A stretch of DNA of 64,000 bases from Marsupella aquatica (taxonomy: Eukaryota > Plantae > Marchantiophyta): assembly GCA_973895155.1 (NCBI GenBank), contig OZ316895.1, positions 7,552,184 through 7,616,183 of the forward strand. The letters run 5' to 3'. Of the stretch, positions 60,746-64,000 are shown in pieces; the stretch's first letter is position 1, and every line of letters starts with the position of its first letter. The notes under the pieces are model-generated. The model was not told the DNA's origin and searched no databases. It was given only the letters and a program-made list of their open reading frames with translations. The position numbers and the translations under genes are program-made.

Positions 60746-63039
60746 TGCACTCTAATCGTCTCCACTCTGCTCTACTGCACTAGCATCCTCCTCTGTGCAA
60801 ATACACATCTCTATAACCCATATGTTCACATTCCCCTCTCTCCCAAACACGCATTAGAAATGTTTTACAAAAGAAGATCACTTGTGGCCTAGACTGGACT
60901 CTCAAGTATGCTAAGACAAAGGACCCACCCCATGCTTTAGACCCACCTGAATCATTCACCAAGCTAGCCACACCACACTATTTTTGCTCTTCTGCCTCTT
61001 CACCCCCTCCTCCTCTTGGCACCAATTTCAGTGCTTCGAATGCCGCATTGGCGCCATAGCTTCACCAGCCAAATCAGAGAGCGGCTAAAGGATCACACTA
61101 AGTCATTTTGTATGATGGAGCCGCATCTTACCCTCTAAGGTGAATGAAGAAGATGGTCGCGGAAGATGAGGGCACTTAACAGCTGAACTGATCGACCTCA
61201 GTCACTTACCCGGGGCAACCAAAAAATGTTATGATGGCCCTTTCAGCTCAATGATCCCCTTTGCACAACTATTGGCTCAAATTTCCCACCGCAAAATGCA
61301 ACAAAGTCTATGCCCGGCACACCCTAGCGGTACATAAGAGGAAGACTAGGAGCTATATATAATGTGTATGCAGAGAAAGATTCTACCAATGCAGCGCAAT
61401 GACACAGAAGAGAGAAATCAAATTCAATTCATGAGTCATAGTGGAGTTGCTCACAAATATCAATGGGGGGCCACCAGCATCACAAAGCCGCACATTCCTC
61501 TCACGTAGACTTCAGTGTCAAGTGCTTCAAAGAAAAGCAAGTAGTGACTATCCTGGCCTCCGCTAGTGGGTGGAGCAATGCAACACCGAGGTCCAGCTAG
61601 CTTCGTGATGCACAGCTCCTTGGTTACTATCTTTGCTCTTCTCTACTATTGAAGCATCCGGCTGGCAGCTCAATCCGCAGACACTGATCGTAGCTCCAGC
61701 TGAAGACTCCGTTGATCAAACAGCAGCTGCAGCTTAGTAAGGAGCTCCCAAGGCCTCTCTCTTCAAAGCTTGGTTGACCTAGCTAGACCTTACTACCTTC
61801 GGCGTAGGGCTCCCTGGTTGCAGCTCCAATTCAATACCCAAGATGGAGCTTGTCATCCTCTGCATCAGAAACCCTCCACCACCCGACCTTGCGCGTTACA
61901 CAAAGCTCACAATGGCTCAATGTCAGTGGCGCACATGGGGATTGAGATCTCGGCAAAGGACAAGCAAGGGTCAAGTCCGCAAGAATCGATCCCCCATTTT
62001 CCTCGCAAAACCCTAAAGCAAAACCCCAATCCTCCCACCCCGTGGTTACGCACTTAGGTCAGGCGCAAATGCCTAGCGACCCTAAACTCCTGCAGCTGTT
62101 GTGTTAGTGCCCCTAAAGAGAATGAGGGACCCTATGCCAAAATGTGGGCAACAGGTGGAACTGTTGGGGTGAGCCGTTGAGTGGGATGAGCCATTGAGTG
62201 TGACCCCAAACATTATTTTTGGCAAAATAAATTGTGGTAAACTGTGACATTTTGAAGAGTTGAAGGATAATCAGAAGTAAAGGGACCATGGAGAAGAGGG
62301 GGCCAATGTAATTAGTCAAGCATCACTCCTTGAAAATCCATACAATGCATGCACATAGTTGAGTATATGAGACACTAGGCGACAAGACATTTTTGAAGGG
62401 TTGGCATATTTACCCTGATCCCTAAACTTGGATGTGGTGCATACAACATCCACTCTCCTACCCTAAGGACAACACAACTCCTAAGAAAGGCCCAATTTAG
62501 TCACTTGTGCCCAACCATGTTCATTAAGAGCCTTAAACTTTTGATTTCACCCACATTGCATGTTGTTGGGGGTTTAGGGTCGAGTCATTATGGGAGGCTT
62601 GGAAAAGTTACCCTAAACTTAAAATGATGTCACCCCAAGAATTCTATGTTGCCAACTTTGCACACAATAATGAGGCAAATTAATAAGCCGCGCAACCCAC
62701 TGCCATCCCCATTACCATTACCAAAAGCGTGTGCATCTTTCACAAAGTAGGGCGATTACTTTTCAGTCTTTTCATAAACCCCTTAACAATAAAAGTTGTT
62801 TCTAGTGTTTATGTGAACCGGTGCAATGGTTTTGAATCATTTAAAAGTATAAAAAATGATTTAGTTGGCTTATTCCTATAAGGTTCGGTCTAAATTACCC
62901 CGGTTTCTACTAGTACAATCATCACTGGCGATATCGTGATCATTTAATTATTCATGTTAAAATCATTATCATTAAGTATATAGATTAAATTTATATTTTA
63001 TTATGGGATAACTAAATACTTTGACTATTATTTATGTAC

Positions 63040-64000
63040 ATGTAAAGTGGGCAAATATGCAAGCCACAAGATGCATGCACAAATTATTTTAGATGCATGC
63101 ATTAGTTTATTTGCATGCATAATTTATTTTGATTGCAATAGCACTAGCATACATTCCTACGTTGGATGTGTGCCACTTGGCTTTCATCCAAGTGTTTGGG
63201 CGTAATCTATGCCCTTTCTGATTCAATATAAATAAAGTGGTGAGAGACACTCTTTCATCATTCCCATATTTGATAATTCCCGTGTTGAAGCGATCATTTT
63301 TTCATCTCTCATATTTTTTCTATTCTTTACTTTATGTACATAATAGTCGGGCGTCCTTTGGTCTGGATAGCAAAAAAATGAGTGATAGACTTGTAGATGA
63401 GATCTTAGGGAACATGGTTTATTTGGGAACTTAGGGATAGGGCATCATTTGGCCCGGATAGCAAAGAAACAAAAGAATTATTATGAATCTAGGAGAAAGA
63501 AATGTCTCTAATCTCTCTCATCGTAACCCATTTTTATTAGAGTCCATCTTTTAAACAAGCCATCCATGAGGTAACATCTAACCGTCCTATCATTTTGGAG
63601 CTCAATTTGCAACTGCTATTATGAGTTCTAACGAGCCAATAATATACCCAATAGTGTCCTATCGAGAGGGGTGAGAGTGCATTAGCTTTGTCTTCAATTG
63701 AAGTTATAGATCTAAATAGGAGTCCAAATGATATTTCTGTTTCATTTTCTCTTGGAGATATTATGATCATATATTGTAGAAAGATTAATTTTTGAGAAGT
63801 ATTGATCCGCAGATATGGTGAAATAGGGTTTAATAGTATATTAGTTTCACATGAACTTTTCTTAATACCCACTACCCTTATTACTAGAGTTATCATTTTG
63901 GTTTTAGTGTAAAACTTATGGACATGCAAGGTTGACTTTATAAGAGCCAGCATACTCTTACCAAAAAACACGGTCATCCGGATAGCGATCCAATCAGGTA
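63040..64000 (+). mobile_element. Start of another LTR related to the Gypsy LTR (runs off the window; left boundary approximate)
   Basis: ttggatgtgtgccacttggctttcatcc...tataaataaagtggtgagag parallels ttggatgtgtgacacatggcttccatcc...tataaataaagaggagag at ~37695-37780. Confidence 0.45.

Noticed and set aside
62895-62915. Possible Helitron 3' end (ccccggtttctactagt)
   Set aside because: No convincing subterminal hairpin and no Rep/helicase remnants seen.

Overview
Eukaryotic, intron-rich plant nuclear DNA. Gene content and retroelement style suggest a non-seed land plant such as a bryophyte (inference only). The left ~28 kb holds four genes: a plastid Fe-superoxide dismutase (FSD3-type C-terminus) with two candidate alternative first exons and an upstream GTACT copper-response cluster; an intronless GH3 beta-xylosidase; an 8-exon inward-rectifier (Kir/KirBac-fold) channel gene that only appears after manual exon joining; and QTRT2. 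The right ~32 kb is nested transposons: a decayed PIF/Harbinger, a Mutator-like transposase remnant, MITEs and a Ty3/Gypsy element with both LTRs (37350-50585) whose gag is split by a 4.66-kb TG...CA insertion carrying its own long ORF. Most notable: (1) the Kir-fold channel has TFGGS in place of the K+ filter signature TxGYG, plus a ~390-aa disordered N-terminus; (2) a possible copper-switched dual-promoter, dual-transit-peptide FeSOD; (3) a -1 frameshift signal between protease and RT in the Gypsy element; (4) the protein-coding solo-LTR-like insertion. All gene models were read by hand from splice signals and remembered family motifs; no database search was run.
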